From positions 7,950 to 71,393 of the forward strand of contig CAYSSF010000002.1 of assembly GCA_964433455.1 (NCBI GenBank): a stretch of DNA of 63,444 nucleotides, written 5' to 3'. Each line of letters begins with the position of its first letter. The first letter of the stretch is position 1. The DNA is from an uncultured Syntrophaceae bacterium. Its GTDB lineage: Bacteria; Desulfobacterota; Syntrophia; Syntrophales; UBA5619. Made by a program: the position numbers and the translations under genes. Below the pieces are notes generated by a model. It did no database searches, was not told the origin of the DNA, and saw only the letters and a list, made by a program, of their open reading frames with translations. Of the stretch, positions 62,158-63,444 are shown piece by piece.

Positions 62158-63444
62158 AATGGCACTCAACATGGATGCAATCGGCAAGAAGATCGGCCCC
62201 ATCAAGAAGGAGTACAACTGGAAGGACGTGATCCTCTACGCGCTCGGCGTCGGGGCCGGGGTCGACGAACTGGACTACACCTATGAAAAGAACCTCAAGG
62301 TGATCCCCAGCTTCTCCATCGCGTCGATCTTCGGCTTCCTGGGGGAGATCGGCGTCGCCTCCAACATGAACCTGGCGGGGATTCTCCACGGCGAGCAGGA
62401 GCTGATCTTCCACAACCCGATCCCCACCTCGGGGACGCTGACCACCGAGGGGAAGATCACCCATTATTACGACAAGGGGCCGAAGGGGGCGCTGGTCGTG
62501 GGCGAGAGCGAGACTTTCCACTCGAACGGCCAGAGGCTCTTCACGAACATCGTCACGGTCTTCGCCCGGCTGGACGGCGGTTTCGGCGGCGAAAACGCCC
62601 CCCCGAACGTCGTGGAGTTTCCGGAACGCGAGCCCGATTTCTCGGTGGACGCCGCCCCTTCGCCGAACCAGCCGCTCGTCTACCGCCTCTCGGGCGATAT
62701 CTTCCAGCTCCACGTCGACCCCGAATTTGCGAAGATGGTCGGTTTCGAAAAGCCGATCATGCACGGCCTCTGCACCCACGGCTTTGCCTGCCGTGCGCTG
62801 ATGGCGAGCCTCACGCCGGGGAAGCCTGAGCTGGTGCGGCGGCTCGCCTGCCGCTTCTCGAAAACCCTCTATCCCGGCGATCCGATCCGGACGCTGATCT
62901 GGAAGGTATCGGAAGGAAAGGCCCTCTGGCGGACGATCAACACCCGGACCGGTGATACCGTCATCGACAACGGCGTCTTCGAATACGGCGAGATTCCGAA
63001 AGACGAGATCCGTTTCGACGGCAGGGTAGCGATCGTCACCGGCGCGGGCGGCGGGCTGGGAATGGTTTACGCGCTGGAACTCGCCAAACGCGGCGCGAAG
63101 ATCGTCGTAAACGACCTCGGCGGCGCTAGGGACGGCGCAGGCGAGGGATCGACGACGCCGGCCCAGAAGGTCGTGGAGGAGATCCAGGCCGCGGGCGGCC
63201 TTGCGGTCGCGAATTACGACAACGTCGCCACCGTGGAGGGGGGCGAGGGGATCGTGAAATCCGCGCTCGACGCCTTCGGGACGGTGGACATCCTGATCAA
63301 CAACGCCGGAATCCTCCGGGACAAGAGCATCCTCAAAATGGAGCCCGAGACCTGGCAGGCGGTCCTCGACGTCCACCTTCACGGGGCCTACCACGTGACG
63401 AAACCGGCCTTCGCCGTGATGAAGGAGAAGGGCTACGGCCGGAT
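62158..63444 (+). CDS. MaoC-type (R)-hydratase (double hotdog) fused to a C-terminal short-chain dehydrogenase; 3' end outside the window
   Basis: AAGGAGG lies 6 nt before ATG 62158. My translation reads MALNMDAIGKKIGPIKKEYNWKDVILYALGVGAG...YRLSGDIFQLHVDPEFA...GRVAIVTGAGGGLGMVYALELAKRGAKIVVNDLGG...NNAGILRD and is open to the window end. The gene is absent from the ORF track, which shows only the antisense shadow 62144-63394. Confidence 0.85.

Noticed and set aside
1-63444. rRNA, tRNA or other structured RNA genes
   Set aside because: The intergenic regions are short and are accounted for by promoters, hairpins and gene relics. I saw no cloverleaf-like or rRNA-like segment. A covariance-model scan (tRNAscan-SE or Infernal) would be needed to exclude small RNAs.

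Overview
GC-rich bacterial chromosomal DNA. Gene content suggests an anaerobic Desulfobacterota/deltaproteobacterium-like organism, but that assignment is inference only. The window is essentially one large phosphate-starvation (Pho) island. It holds two complete pstSCAB systems (one followed by phoU-phoR-phoB), ppk1, a PIN-PhoH2 ATPase, and phnCDE with a PhnX-like hydrolase and two alcohol dehydrogenases. It also holds two tandem PhnA-like alkaline-phosphatase-superfamily hydrolases and a 1122-aa lipoprotein fusing alkaline phosphatase, metallophosphoesterase and DNRLRE-like domains. I find 14 arrays of 11-bp-phased TGTCAC/TGTCAT-like half-sites (Pho-box architecture) in front of nearly every operon, including operons of unknown function. 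Two unknowns stand out. (i) A Pho-box-flanked cluster at 30.2-40.7 kb encodes a P2-type ATPase with an HMA-like N-domain, translationally coupled to a divergent SAM synthetase, plus a CorA-like channel with GTN instead of GMN, two further HMA-like proteins and two DUF5132-like paralogs. (ii) An 812-aa cytoplasmic protein of unrecognised family has its own Pho boxes; its promoter and first ~165 codons are duplicated elsewhere and now sit in front of a hybrid histidine kinase. Also present are hgcAB (mercury methylation) behind a Cys-rich MarR-type regulator, a Pho-boxed arsC plus two internally deleted arsC relics, and two CoA-disulfide-reductase-family genes. There are several gene fragments, a Zn-ADH with an in-frame TAG, a 30-bp tandem repeat, and a partial MaoC-SDR gene at the 3' edge that the ORF track misses. 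I recognised no rRNA, tRNA, CRISPR array or transposase. All family assignments come from reading motifs by eye, with no database search.
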